DNA of 64,000 nucleotides from Botryllus schlosseri (Eukaryota), in NCBI GenBank assembly GCA_051294905.1, contig CM119372.1, positions 27,530,001 through 27,594,000 on the forward strand. Direction: 5' to 3'. Each line of letters begins with the position of its first letter. The first letter of the stretch is position 1. Both the position numbers and the translations under genes were made by a program. Under the pieces are notes generated by a model. That model was not told the DNA's origin and searched no databases. It saw nothing but the letters and a program-made list of their open reading frames with translations. Below are positions 41,017 through 54,657 of this stretch, one piece after another.

Positions 41017-43058
41017 CCGACACTGGCGTTGTAGATCACTAATTATTATAGAGCGCTTGTCTATCTCAGACTGCTCAGTTAGGAAGCGCAGCAAGAGGTC
41101 CGCACGCGACGACGTCTCAAGCCGAATGCCAAGAAAAGGTGAATTAATTCCAACGCCGGATAAACTTCCAATTGTTTCTTTTTCTCGTCTTCATTCCTTC
41201 TGTGTGACTAGTATCTTGCAGTTCCACTAAAAATAATTCATGCGTAAGTCGCTATACTAAGCCAAGTTGCTAACCTAGACATGACTTCTAAAGACTGAGA
41301 CAAATAGGCTAACAAAAATATAACAAGTTTTGAAGTACCGGTACTGGTACATTGTGAGTTGACGACTCCTCATTTGACATGATATAGCAGAGATTCATGA
41401 CTTAAATGATCAATGTATAGAAAGAAAAGGTGCCTCATTTGATGCGGCATGTGAGCCAAACATCGAGCAGTGGATGAAAACATATCTAAGCTATGACCCG
41501 ATAAATGTCAATAACAAGCTAACAGTTTCAACTACTCCGCGGCAGAGTATGTGGTGTCGCAGGTCATTATACAAGTCGACTAATATCCCAAAATAGAACT
41601 GAGAATGGGGCGACTGAAATATTTAAATCATGAAACCAAAGTCATCCGGGTGGTGTGCACAGTCGTAGATATTCACGGTAACCAATACTACACAGTAGGC
41701 TACTGTACCTTTTACGATGCGTATCCCATTCATCAGTCCTGAGAATCTTCAACGAAAGTCGTTACTTTCTTCAATCACAAGTCACAAGCTTCGCACCGTC
41801 AGCCTTTGCATGCCCAAAGCTCAATATTAATGGCCGACCAGTCGGCTACTCGGCTCGACACGCAGACGACTTTGAAATAAGTGATATTCATCCGCTCACA
41901 TATGCCACCAATAATATTTACTGTCCACGTTATAATGTTTAATCCAGTTTGGTTTTTCATACAGAAACATCTATCAACACCTATAGTCCCTTTCTTTTGC
42001 GTCGAATTTCGTATATATTGATATTTATTGCTCCACGTGTGGTTCCCTACTTACTTACCTAACCGGACGCTATTCGTGATGTCACAGTTGATTGTTGGTT
42101 GTTTACTACGAATCTCAGAAGAACCTGCAACGCGCAACCTAAGGTAACCTATTATAGGTCGCCGTGTCCGCCATTAAGAAATGGTCAACTGAGCCTGCTG
42201 CTGTGCTGATATTTCTAGTTAGGATAGTTCTAGTTCAGGAATAAGATTATATATCCTAAACTGATTTTTGTAACTCATTAGCCCTATCTGTTACAACAAA
42301 TCTAACCGCCGAGACCGACCGTGTAGCCATAGCCTTATAATATAATGTATATGGTGTAACTATACATTGTCAGCTGCTTCTTGCACCCAACTATGCACTA
42401 TACCGAAATTGGTACTACGGTCAACCAGTTCCGTGTGACCTAATCCTGTCTCGTGAACGAGGTTGAATCAGGTCAAATCGCAACGAGAATGATATCACAG
42501 TGACATGCACTTCCACGTGTCCACTGGTTGCTGGGGCTTGGAAGCTAATCAATTTTGCCAATAGCTTGGTAAAATGCCGTAGCAATTAACTGTCAGTAAC
42601 CTTGCGAAGAAATTCTGGTAACTTGACTTAGCAGCTAAATTAATGTAATATTACATATCAAAATGTAAAATGACAAGCTACACGCTGCTATTGGCTGCGA
42701 CCGGTAATTCGTTGTAAAATTTACAGAAATTTCTTTGTAAGTCTACCAGATTTTTTTGTGTGTGCAAGCTTCGCTCAACATAAAGGCTATTTAATCTGCA
42801 CACGGCTCGGAAGGCAGTGACCAATAATATAAGCTTTACTGTACTACTGCATGTACACTTCAGAAAAGTGGTTCTCGAACTGGGAGACGTGAAAGCATCT
42901 AGAAGGGTGGCGTGAAGCCGAAGTTTATTGAAAAAAAATTTTCGCGCTCCGCGCAATATACCCCCTCTTATAGTTGTTGATCTGTCCGACTTTAATATTT
43001 CATAATTCTCACACCAACAGCCATAATCTTCCATGCCATCAAACTATATGTTGAGATA

Positions 43059-44438
43059 CGGCCGTAAACCAAACTTTGCGCTGATTGGTCGAGAGACAAT
43101 GGTCATGGATACGGCGCAGCAACGGAGGACGCTGCATTTACCTAAGCCTGGTTGGCAGTACGATGTATTCCTATGGCCGTGTAATATTGCACAAAACGAC
43201 AAGATTACAGTTAAGTGTTTATTTCTTCATCAAAAATATCAAGGATTGGGAAAGGAAATAACATATTTACTGACACATACTAAAATACAATGCCGAAATA
43301 TTGCTGTGTTGATAAATGCATGCCACTAATGGCAATGCATTGCGGAACAACATATATTTCCATTCATTTCCTTCCACCGCGAAGGGCAGGAAGGCTTAGG
43401 AATACAGACAATAAGAAGACAGGAGTTCAAGCCTATTTTGACAAGCTTCATTTGTTCCTACCACTGTTGCAAGGGGGATTTTGCTGCTAGTGCATTAGAT
43501 ACACCAATACAGATTCGAAAATCACGTCTAGGTGCGATTCCCAGTCGCAATCTCCTTGGTAAAGCAGAATATACGCGCATTGCAAAAAGGCGGACCCTGA
43601 ACTCCATGCCGTGTCAACTGTCTTCCTGTTACCTATTCAGGAACTTTAGTTCTTTTGTTAGTCCAATTCCGTTCCGAATTATAAATTGAATTTTTTTTAC
43701 AGTGAAAAATAAGGAAATGCGATTTTGACTTAAGTAGTTGGCTGAGCATTACATCCAGATGAAATTCCTGGAGTTTTGGAATGTTTTGTTTCTATTCAGG
43801 GTCTCTTGATAGTTTGCAAATCCGAATATCCCTGTGTAATCCAAATAACAAAATGTGCTGCAGTCACTCTTTGTGGCATACATTTGGGCCTGAATTTGAT
43901 GCCAATAAGAGTGATTTACTTGTAATTATCCCGCATAGCAGTCAAATAATTAAATAAAATTTGTGATTTCCGCCCACGTTCAAATTTCATGAGCTCATCG
44001 GCTGTGTTGTTACGGTGCGGGCCACGTGTTCGAGACCTCTGATCTGATACACTAGGAGCAAAATCTTCCTTGAAAAAGTGGTAGGAATAAATGCGGCTGT
44101 CGAAGTAGGATTGAATTCCTGTATTCTTACTCTGCATTCCCAAGCATTCCTGTCCTTTGCGTTGCATTGGTGGCACTGCACTTATAAACACAGCAGTATT
44201 TCGGCATTATATTTTAGCAAGTGTTCGTAAATATTTTATCTCCTTCCCTAATTCTTATTATTATTGATGAAGAAATAAACACTTAACTGTTATCTAGTCG
44301 TTTTTAAACAGTCTACACGGCTATAGGAATATATCGTACTGCCAACCAGGCTTAGGTAAATGCAGCGTCCTCCGTTGCTGCGCCGTATCCATGGCCATTG
44401 TCTCTCGACCAATCAGCGTAAAGTTAGGTTTACGGCCG
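43059..44438. mobile_element. Palindromic non-autonomous DNA element with ~400-bp arms, each carrying a THAP-domain remnant
   Basis: Ends CGGCCGTAAACC / GGTTTACGGCCG flanked by TA. Plus arm: MPKYCCVDKC...FICSYH..KGDF...GAIPS. Minus arm: MPKYCCVYKC...RNAWE...RIYSYHFFKEDF. Confidence 0.8.
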
Positions 44439-46894
44439 TATTGCTAGCATTCTGGTTGCATTTTTCATTATTTTGTGATATCATGATAAGTGGGCGCGAA
44501 ATTGTTCACTATCATAAAGGGAGGCGTGCCTAAGAAGTTTGAGAACCACTGTTTAATAGAAGAACGTGGATAGGGGTTTAAATAGAGCTAAAATGTATCA
44601 TGTTTAACATTGTTTCGAATCATGACAGCTAATAGATATTTTTTAATTAACCGTCACTTTCTCATTACCTAATATCATCACATTCACTGGACAGCCTTTA
44701 TTAACAATGTAATTTAGAAATAAAATTAAAATGGGCTGGAGATTATAGCTATTTTTTTTCACTCGGCCCGTCAACGTATTTATTTTTCTCATTTGGCCCG
44801 CGCATGAAAATAATCACCCACCCCTGACCTAAAGGGAGAGACCACTCACTTTTAAAATAAAACAAACAGTTTTATCCGGAGGAGCATCCCAAGATACCTA
44901 TACCTACAAATTTTCATGTTGACTGGACAATTTTTTCCGCCTTAAAAATGATTTATGACTTTCAAGGTACGAAAAAAAGAAAACTACGAGAAGAAGCCAC
45001 ATTGATATCGTAACATGTTAAAGTCACACTATCACTCTAAAAATCCAAAATTTCAAACAGGAAATAGTTTGAAAAGCGCCATGATGCTATATTTTACTCC
45101 TGCATTGCTAAGTTTTCTACTTTTGACTGCCCTGGCCATTCGCATACAGTTCTGAATTAGTTGATTTCCATTCTATGATATCCATTTTCCCCATATGATT
45201 TCCCACGATTTTCAGTAGCAGCTCAATAGTCGACAATAATACGGTGAATGGCTAGATCAAAATCCGATGCTGTGCTTCATTGCATGTCTTATCAAATGCC
45301 ATGACACATCTAATGACACTGTAATGGCTGTGACACTCCAATCCAGCCTCTATCCGTGATCAATATCACTTTTGATCGTCAAAAAAAAACAGCCCCCAAA
45401 CCCAGTCACTGAGAATCTAAGAACAAACAGCCGCAAAGTGTTAAGTCGGCATACAATACTGTTTGTTTTGATTTGTTGTAACGCATCATTGATTACAGGA
45501 GTAGGATCCAAGGGCTCGGATATTCGTGGTGGGTTTAGCTGAGTTAACAATTATGGGGGAGGAGTGACTACATAGGCTCATGAAAAATTTAATTTGTGAC
45601 ACTAAGGTGAATTCAATCATTATAATACTTGGATAGATGAAAGCTAACATCTAATACAACAAATGTCAACAATTAAAGAAATCTGATTTTTTTTTCGATT
45701 TCTGGGTTAGCCTAGCCCCTTAAAACTCCAGAACGAAGCCAATAACGAATAGAACAATGTATGTTGTGTCAGAAAATGATCGGAACTCGCAGAAGTGCGG
45801 CAGATTTGCGGACAGTGGTGATCCAACCAGGCATGACACGGATCCGGAGAACAAACGCTAGATCGATTTTATTCGCTTGCAATACGACGTTAGTTGGTTA
45901 CTGTTATTGGATTATGAACAAAGTATAGTTTAGTAAAGTAACTTGCAATCATTGGGTCTAAACCCAGACAGAGGTCGCATTCCCTGCGAGTTTTATCCTG
46001 GGTTTGCTTATAATCGTGGGACGCATGCAGGAGCTTATATAGTATGATGTTTTAATAAGAGTTGTGTGTGGGTAAACCCGTAGCCTGAAGCCTACCCACG
46101 ATGCATCAAATAGCCGAATAGCTTGGTATGTATGTGTGATGAATGATTATATATTTCAAGTCTTTTGAAGAGACATTAGGCTTCTGCGATAAATCGATAC
46201 CCTTAATGCTGAATATGTCACTGAGAGAAATATGCTCAGCGGTAGTGCGTGGTAGGCCTACGTGCAAACATTTCCTTGCATGTAATTGTGAGGAGATATT
46301 AGGCCTCTGCTTTACAACGATACCCTTATGTTAAGTATATCATTGAGAAATATATGCAATGCGGTGGTGCATGATATTTGCGGACATTGCTTTGAATGTG
46401 ATACGATGAATAAGGCACACTCTCGTTCTGTAGGTATATACCAATGCTAAATGCTACGTGATATGAATTAGGAAGTTTCATATCAATTTAGAAAAAAAAT
46501 GATTGCATGTGAAAATTTGGCCTTTTATACCCATAACAGTATCTTGCTAATTAGTTTGCGTGCTAGTGATATTATCGGGTTTCTGAATGCCTAATGCCAT
46601 GTATGCTATAACGTCGTGGTAGTACCGTGTATTTGCTGATTCTAACTTTGAATGTCTTTGTTGTTTTGTGAAAATTTACTGTTGTTGATTTGAATTTTTG
46701 ATTTGTATTTCAGCCTGCATAAACTTCGAGTCATTTCAAGATTGGCCGAATGCCATGTGATGTTGGTATTTCATTCATTAGCTTACTTTACCTCTGCAGA
46801 TAAAACTGTTATTGTCTCCAAATATCATATGATTTGATATGTTCCGTTTTTTTTTTAACAAAGTTTGTTTTTGTGAAAGGGCCGAACTTTTACC

Positions 46895-47375
46895 GGAATA
46901 TATCTTGGTAACTAGCTTGGTAATATAAATAACACAAAGTCAGTATATCTTGAAACATGACAGGAAATGAAATATATTGTTAACGCCGTGTAATGGTTAT
47001 CGCATATAGCGCGGTATCTCGAAACGTTGTACAGGAAATGATCAACCCAACTGGACATGTTATGTGATATAATATGTTAATGGTGAAATACATAACGTAA
47101 TTCTTTCATTTATTCATTCAATTCGGAGATATTCAACTCGACATTTTCACCGTGGTGCGAGTGGCTCAATATAGTTACAAGTGGGGGAGACAGAAATAAA
47201 AGCACGCTTGTCCGTGTGATCTTGACTACGTGTGAACGAGACAGACTCTGTGTGGTAAGCCAGTCAAAGCCGTTCACTTCCGTTGGACGCTAGTCCGTCG
47301 AAAAGAAAGGTATGCGCAGCAAATCTTACAGGTAACCTTCTGGAGTCAGATTACACAAGTTTAATATCAATAAAG
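46895..47375 (+). repeat. Uninterrupted copy of dispersed repeat 'D' (pre-insertion reference)
   Basis: Collinear with 10205-10861 plus 32359-32690 and lacks elements A and B. Confidence 0.8.
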
Positions 47376-48158
47376 ACTTACGCACTGCGTTATACTCAGC
47401 ACCCGGAAAAAATTATCTCCCACTACTTGACTCGATTCATTAGAAATAATACTCGATTCGGATCCGGTCTTCGAATCATTGTGCCCAGTGCTACCAATGA
47501 GAATAGTGCGAACATATGATCACGATCGTGATCGAACTTTGATGAGTTCTTGTTTGGGAAGTACACGCGTGATATCGCAAATCTTCCAGTAATTTGATAT
47601 CTCTATAATATAATTCATTGAATCTAACCTATCACTAGGTGTATCATATGGTATCAACAAAGCATAATCAACATATGACCAAAATAAACCTGGTATTGTC
47701 GAAAATAACTCAGCTTCTCGAAAGTTTTCATTGACATATTACATTATTCCAATCGAACAGTATATTCATATTGAAATGAACCCGAATATTTCCGCCTGAC
47801 ACTCGTCAGGGGTAATCGTGAGTAACAAGTAGAGAATTTGGAAGAACATTGTATATCAACAGTCGTATAACAAAATATGACGTCACCAGTATGAAATTTT
47901 GAATAATAGGAGCGAAGAGAGCGCTTTATTTAAATGTACTATATTTAGAATTTAGTGATTCTCCACCTTTTTGTCTCCATTCCGCTCTTCCGATTTATTC
48001 TGAGTCTGCATTCCTCACTACCCAAAACTACCGTCGTATTTCCTTTTAACCTTTGTCCCTACGGAGCAGCTATTTGCTTGTTTGAGTACACAATACACAC
48101 AACCACACCAATACACAAGACAATAGCCTATAACTGCAACATAAAACGTTTTGTGAAC

Positions 48159-48722
48159 TAGAGGTCGACCGATATTGATTTTTGCAGGCCGATACCGACA
48201 CCGATTATTATCGAGACCCTCACAAGTCCGATAACCGATAGCATAGGCCGATATTGATATGGAAGGAGCAGAGAACCTTTTTGCCAAAAATATTATATAT
48301 TAGGCATGATGGCACTTGTACATACCACAGAAAGCAGAGCAACAAACGAGATAACTGAAATTGAAAAGAAATATTGCTCAACTGTGCAAACTTGTGATAA
48401 CCAAAAAAGCAAAATGTGATACAGAATTGCAGATCAGTCCAGTGGAGGTAGATTGTAATGCAGGAAGCGTAGTTTCCCTGCATGCTAACCCAGTTAAACT
48501 CTTCCGGCAAGGGTAAATCTGTCCCGTATACCCCTTAGCGTCGTCGATTTCTCGCGATTGAAAACGTGGAGCATCGAATTGCAATATTTTTGAATTTTTT
48601 TATGTATAAAATATCGGCGGCGATATTGGCCTTCATAAGCTTCATAGGCCAATATCGATTATCGGGAAAGTTCCAAATATCAGCCTCGATAATCGGCCAG
48701 GTCGATAATCGGTCGACCTCTT
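48159..48722. mobile_element. hAT-type MITE
   Basis: TIRs TAGAGGTCGACCGAT / ATCGGTCGACCTCTT; 8-bp TSD ttgtgaac; subterminal CCGATA repeats. Confidence 0.85.
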
Positions 48723-48994
48723 TTGTGAACCGATACCGGTAACCCTCAAAATTCATCGAACGCGTAATTTGACGTCATACTGGTCGTGCTTGTGACGTCA
48801 TCATTGATTATCCATAACCGGGAATTGGCGATATGCATTATCTTCTATATTTAACAGTCATTTACGAAAGAAAACTCGCGGCACACCTAAAAATATGTGG
48901 CTGCAGTGATATAGATGATTCTAAGCATTCGAAACAACGCAGATTCAATTGAAATTAATGAATTAGATAAATGTAATATTTTAAAGATATTTAC

Positions 48995-49092
48995 CATGTT
49001 TCTAGTAGCGGACTGTCCGACGCCTCACCGTCCGTGACAACTATTATCATCTTTTTGCTTTTTTGATAATATTCCGACTGCAGGAATTCCCA
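48995..49092 (-). CDS. VWA-domain protein, internal exon (VTDG motif)
   Basis: ttaatattccag| acceptor (alternative in-frame AG giving a start at 49077) and |gtaaat donor; WEFLQSEYYQKSKKMIIVVTDGEASDSPLLET(W). Confidence 0.8.
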
Positions 49093-49925
49093 CTGGAATA
49101 TTAAGTCCGTGAGCGAGAAGACAGATAAAAAACATCTAGTTAAATTACGAAAGTTACTGGTAACGATTAGATTATTAGGTTGATAATAATGCATCACTGA
49201 TCAAATAATTTCACAATGAAATGCAAATGGTGAATCAGGTTGTTTAGAAACGTTATGCCGCGCATATATGCCGAAGTAACTTATTATTTTGATAACTATC
49301 ACTGGCATTATTCGGCATCTTCAAAACCGTTGTCACAGCGGATCAATCAAATCCCTCGATCTTTCGTCTTCCTTCGTTACTCAATACTCACGCATTTGTC
49401 GTAACTTCCTTCACAATATCCGAATAGCTCTGCCACGGTCTTTCTCTCCTCCGTCTACCATTTACAGCATCATATGGTCGAAATAATCCCCATTCTTCCC
49501 ACCTGCCCATACTACTGAAGTCCTACTTCTCAAACCTTCTCTCAGAGGGGTTCGATATGGCTTTTTTGTGCCTCGGATACGTATATTTCCTATATACCCT
49601 GCCCGATCTAATAATACTTCCAAAGACGTATTTAATAAACAAACAGAACGGTATACATGACGGCGACTGTATGAGAATGAAGTTGTCAAATCCACATTGT
49701 CTTCTTGATCATTGGCGTGAAATTAACTCCCTTGATAGTGACATTCTATTATACAGATTAAATTTGTGAACAATGAACATAGCCACCTACACTTCTTATT
49801 TTAGGCAGCTGGCTGGCACTGTCGTTCAAGTGTAGGCTGGGAGCGTAACGCTATGTTGCCACAAAATAACTTGAGAATTGATGATTAGTATTAGCCGTCG
49901 CTGAAATTATTATATCATTTTGGAG

Positions 49926-52746
49926 CAGCGGTTCTCAACCTTTCTGGACATGCGCCCCCCTTGGGGATGGTCAAAAATATTGCGCCCCCTGACCCCCTAC
50001 ACCAGGGGTTCTCAACCCGCGGCCCGCGGGCCGCATGCGGCCCGCAGACGCTTTTTCTGTGGCCCGCGAGATCTTTCAATATGATCGCAATTACTACCGG
50101 CACAGTATTGTTGCATACGGTATCAATTTAGCTACTAAATCTCTCTTATCGCTCCGTCTCTGTTTCGTTTGATTTATTCTCATTCTTCAATGTTTTTTGG
50201 TTTCTTGATATATGATCGAGTTTAGATTCTTATTGTTCTGAATAGGTCTTCGGACAGTTCCACCTCGAGTTACACATATCACCTGATCTTAGAAAAAAGC
50301 GTTGCTAGCTAGGTCTTAGGCTAAGCAATCCATATTTTGAGGCATTGTTGAAATTGCCGGCGACGTTAAAAACGCATGGTTCAGCATTGCTTGGTATATC
50401 GCTAAACCCATGAAATCTTAGAAAAGGTGTTTCTCCAACAAAACGTTACTATACTGTGCGAATCTCCGCTGTTTCCGGAATTTAGTAGCAAGGACAACTT
50501 CACCTAACAAATTTCGAAGCTGCGGTTGTCTGATTCAACCGTGACAAGAAGAGTAACAGCAATGTCCGTTAATCTTTTGTCGCGTGTTTTGAAACACGTT
50601 GCCCCGTAGACTACTTTAACCTAGCATTGGACTAAATCTACGGACATTGCAACGCTAATTGTATTGGGGTATTCTATCAGAGTGGATATATTTGTAGACG
50701 TAATGCTGAATGGGCAAACGTGCGGAGAGGGGACTTGCAAACAACATCAACTTAACAAAGCTGACTTCTGTAACTATTGGTGCCGGGCATCAGCCATGGA
50801 AGGAAATGAGAAGGGTTGATTGGTTTGCTCAGAAATTACCCTGGACATGAGACTTTTTCTCATATCACTGAGAGCCCAAAGTGACAATGGCCTCTGTAAA
50901 GAAAAAGTTACCGTAGTTTTATACTTGCTCGCTCACGCATTAAAACAGAGAGTTCAGTTCTCTGGTGCAAGGGTTTGAAGGTGCGGCACATACCGACTTG
51001 GGAACGAATGCAATGCACGCTTCATGAAGGGATTTACTTGTTCTGTCGGAAGATGACACAATCTCACTAGAAACAGCAACTGAAAGCTTACGAACGCTGC
51101 CCATTATGCTGTAGGATGCATATAAACTAAATGCCCATACACGGCTAGTAAATAGGATATATTAGCCTAAATATAATAGCATAGTCCACAAATATACGGT
51201 AATAATGCTCTGCGGCCCGCAGCGCTTTTTGCTGTTAAAATGCGGCCCGTTACGCAAGGAAAGTTGAGAACCCCTGCCCTACACTTTTCGTCATGTATAA
51301 AAGAGCACATCATCTAATACAGAGGTAGGCAACCTTTTTGCTAATCGTGGCCCATTTCGATTACTTATGTAGCCCAAGGCCGCATCCAATGGCATAGCCG
51401 TAATGAACTAACTGGACGCGAAATACCTAATCTGTCCATATCCATTGCCGGTGAACTCCGGAGTCCGGACTACTATACTTTTAACAAAAGCCTTTTGTAC
51501 GTACCGAAATCGCGAGACGCAATGTTATGTCGCGCCGAACGCGAAAAATTTTCAGATTTACGAATGAATTCCGTAATTAATAGTAGCAGTATCACATATT
51601 ATTATCAAATATTTATCCTCTCTTAGCCCATGTGATCAGATACACCGGTAGTTTTCATTGAGGGAGTGCTTTTGAAAATTTAGGGCAAGTTATAGATGAT
51701 AATGCATCGTCGGGTGGGCCAAATGTTATTAGTCACTTGGTTGCATGCTGTTATTTCTTGACCCCCGATCAGGATTGTCGATTGTATCGGTAGTTGAAAT
51801 ATATTAAAACGTCCAAATGTACCATAAACAAATTTCTTTCGTGAGGAGCACACGATTCCGGCTCAGAGTGAGAAGGACGCTACTATATTAAAATCGAAAA
51901 ATCAAAATATGTTGCATTGTGCGGAGTGTGAAGAAAATTTCAAGATTAATTAAAATCTCTCAAAAATTCGGGAGTGAATTCGTAATTTCAATTTGCATGT
52001 CCACGGATGCCAACACATACTAATTGAATTAGGTGTTGACGGTCGCACAAATTCCCTTCTACAGCAACAGGTTGCCCTTCGCTGATCTAATAGTATAGAT
52101 ATGGTATGTCTTACGCCCAGTTTTAATCCGCATTTCACTTGTTGAGTCTTTAACATTTCTGACAAATTTCCCCAAACTTGTTTGAAAATAGTAAAAAATC
52201 ATTGAACAGGACATCAAATTATTTCAAGGTAGGTTGCACTGAGACTAATCCTAATGCTGATAGTGACTACAGAGAGCACGGCATCGTTCTGAACTGCCAT
52301 GCTAAATTTGATCACTTTTGGAATTGAAAAAATTGTGTTTATTTAGGGTAGCTTAATTGAGAGCGAAACCGGGCAACTTGCTTCTAAGACTTAGGCAGTG
52401 CAGTTCGCCAATTATTAACAACAGCTACCCAGCGCACCGAACTTTAGGCTACTGCCCAAGCTATGAAGTAATGAATGACTTACACGTGGGAATTGCTCCA
52501 AATTTTAAAAGAATATCAAAAATTTGCTCAAAGAAAGTTGAAATCAGCCTATACTCCGTTGAGCGCGACTGCTGAAGTTAGAATTTGGCGAGATTTCTTG
52601 AATACGAAATAAGTTTCATCTTTAACAATCGTCTTCTCAGAATGATTGTGAAGCACATTCTTAGTCAGAATTCATACAGACGTGGTCAATTTCTCGCGCC
52701 CCCCTGAGAGCTTCCCTCGCCCCCCCCCCCAGGTTGAGAACCCCTG
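49926..52746. mobile_element. Non-autonomous hAT-type element containing a nested MITE
   Basis: TIRs CAGCGGTTCTCAACC / GGTTGAGAACCCCTG; TSD ttttggag / gtttggag (7/8). Confidence 0.7.
50003..51276. mobile_element. hAT (Buster/Charlie-type) MITE nested in 49926-52746
   Basis: TIRs CAGGGGTTCTCAAC / GTTGAGAACCCCTG; GCGGCCCG motifs; perfect TSD ccctacac. Confidence 0.88.
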
Positions 52747-53724
52747 GTTTGGAGGAACTGATTGAACCGTGCGCAACTGCAAGTAGAACAGTTAGGGTAG
52801 GCCTATAGCTATCCTCGCGGGTCCTACACGTATTCCTTGGAAAACCTCACATAACTGTAAAAAGCGTGGTTCTGAAGAATAAACAGTTGATTCATATTTT
52901 ATCTGCAATTGTTATGTTTGCTTTAAAATCTACATAATAATAGAGTTTATGTTGGAAAAAACATATGACTCATGGACATACTATTTAAAATATGCATTTG
53001 GGTTGCAGAAGGTTCTCGACGGCTGTAGCTATAAGCTAATTGTTCGTAATTTGGATTCCATGGAAAATTATTTCCGCTCCCATACGTACGATATTTGATA
53101 GTTATCAGCAGATTTCATAATCCGTGAATGAGAGACTTTATCTGCGAATTTAGCATAATTTTCTGGCAGTTTTCTTTCGCCATCGACATATAAATTTCTC
53201 TTTTCTCAGTTTATGTGATCCGATTCATTGGCAGAGTTGATGGAAGGCTGTTTCCAAAATCTTAGAGCAAGTTATAAATCAGTGGTTCTTAACCTTGTCC
53301 CACGGACCCTCAAGAGGTGATTTGAATTTTGAAGGGGGCGGAAATGTTCAGGGGACCAAATTGGGGGCGCTGGACTCAGGGGGCGCTATTGGGGCGCTGA
53401 AGAAAATGGGCTCGCAGTAGATAGTGTACTAATGACATATGATTATATAGTAGAACAATAGTTCTATATAATATTGAGTTCTCATTGCAAACTAACATTC
53501 AACAAAATCTCTCAAATCACACCTTTTTTCGTTGCGCTCATTGCGAAGTATCCACCGACCTTGTGCAGTGGTTTATTTTAATTCATGTAAAATAGGGTTA
53601 CCATATTTTTGTGGATCCAATTCCGGACACTCTTTAGCATCCACTAGCGGATTTTACAATGATGGATGAACACATTGAAGAGTACGTCACACTAACAAAG
53701 CTTCGCCTATCGACTGTAGAAAAG

Positions 53725-54657
53725 CAGTGGTCGGGAACCTTTTTAGTCCGAAGAGCCATATCGGCCCTATTTTTTCATCTCAACTCTCAAAGAGCCAAAC
53801 ATGTCAATCAACTGTTACGCCATAATTGAAAATTCGTGACGTCATGGTAGCACTTATCCGAAATCACCACATGGGATTCCTCGTGTGTGCCATATTTTCT
53901 TCGTAAAAACTGGTATTTATTGTTCGAAAGTAAAGCTCGAAACGAGAGGTTAGGCACAGACGGGCCAAGCCTCACCAATGATAACGCAATTCATCGTAAG
54001 TAGCTTATAATTTATTATGACTGATATTAATCGAATATGACTGTCACACTGATTCCGAAAATCTAAATACTTATTGACTTCTCTATTCTCAAAGTATTCG
54101 GCGGTAAAATAACGTTGCGCTACACGCATGCAATTTATTGCCGGTACTAAACAGAGCTATCCTTACCAATCTAGAACGTGGATAGCTATGGCGTTGTTTG
54201 TAATTCGAGTTTGTAATTGTGAATGTCGGATCCAAAACAGTTCATTTTGCGCCTCATATCAGGAAGATAATGTGTATTTGAAAACTGCGTTTTGATATGA
54301 GCGTCGCCATGCCTGCTATATGCTCTTCGATTAATCAACGCATCGCACAATTCAAGATTTCGAGTTGGGTACATAGAATTCGCGACGGATATTAGCCGCC
54401 GGCGTGACAGTAACTTAAATTTGATGATTCTGAAAAGAGGGGGTCCGAGCCCCTAAACATGAAGACAGCATTGTCTTTACCTCTCAAAGACATGTTTTTA
54501 CTGCCACGAGAATAATTTTTTTGGCCGTGATGAAATTTACCAACAAGTCGCTGCAATGTTGATCAATTCAGTACAAAAATAAATAATTGGCAACGAGCCA
54601 TATCTTATACCATAAAGAGCCATATATGACTCGCGAGCCATAGGTTCCCGACCACTG
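53725..54657. mobile_element. hAT-type MITE, inverted and shorter copy of the 719-1912 family
   Basis: TIRs CAGTGGTCGGGAACC / GGTTCCCGACCACTG; reverse-complement similarity to 719-1912 but lacking ~1006-1281; TSD not evident. Confidence 0.8.

Larger units (their letters stand above)
34336..41128 (-). mobile_element. Full-length non-LTR retrotransposon, I group (I/Nimb-like, RNase H-containing), inactivated
   Basis: 12-bp TSD ccaagaaaaggt (34324-34335, 41129-41140); 5' end CATTCGG; 3' end AATAAA followed by a (CAA)n tail; ORF1 and ORF2 present. Confidence 0.93.

Noticed and set aside
35074..41230. Plus-strand ORFs of 70-225 aa over the LINE
   Set aside because: Antisense shadows of ORF1/ORF2 with no independent motifs.
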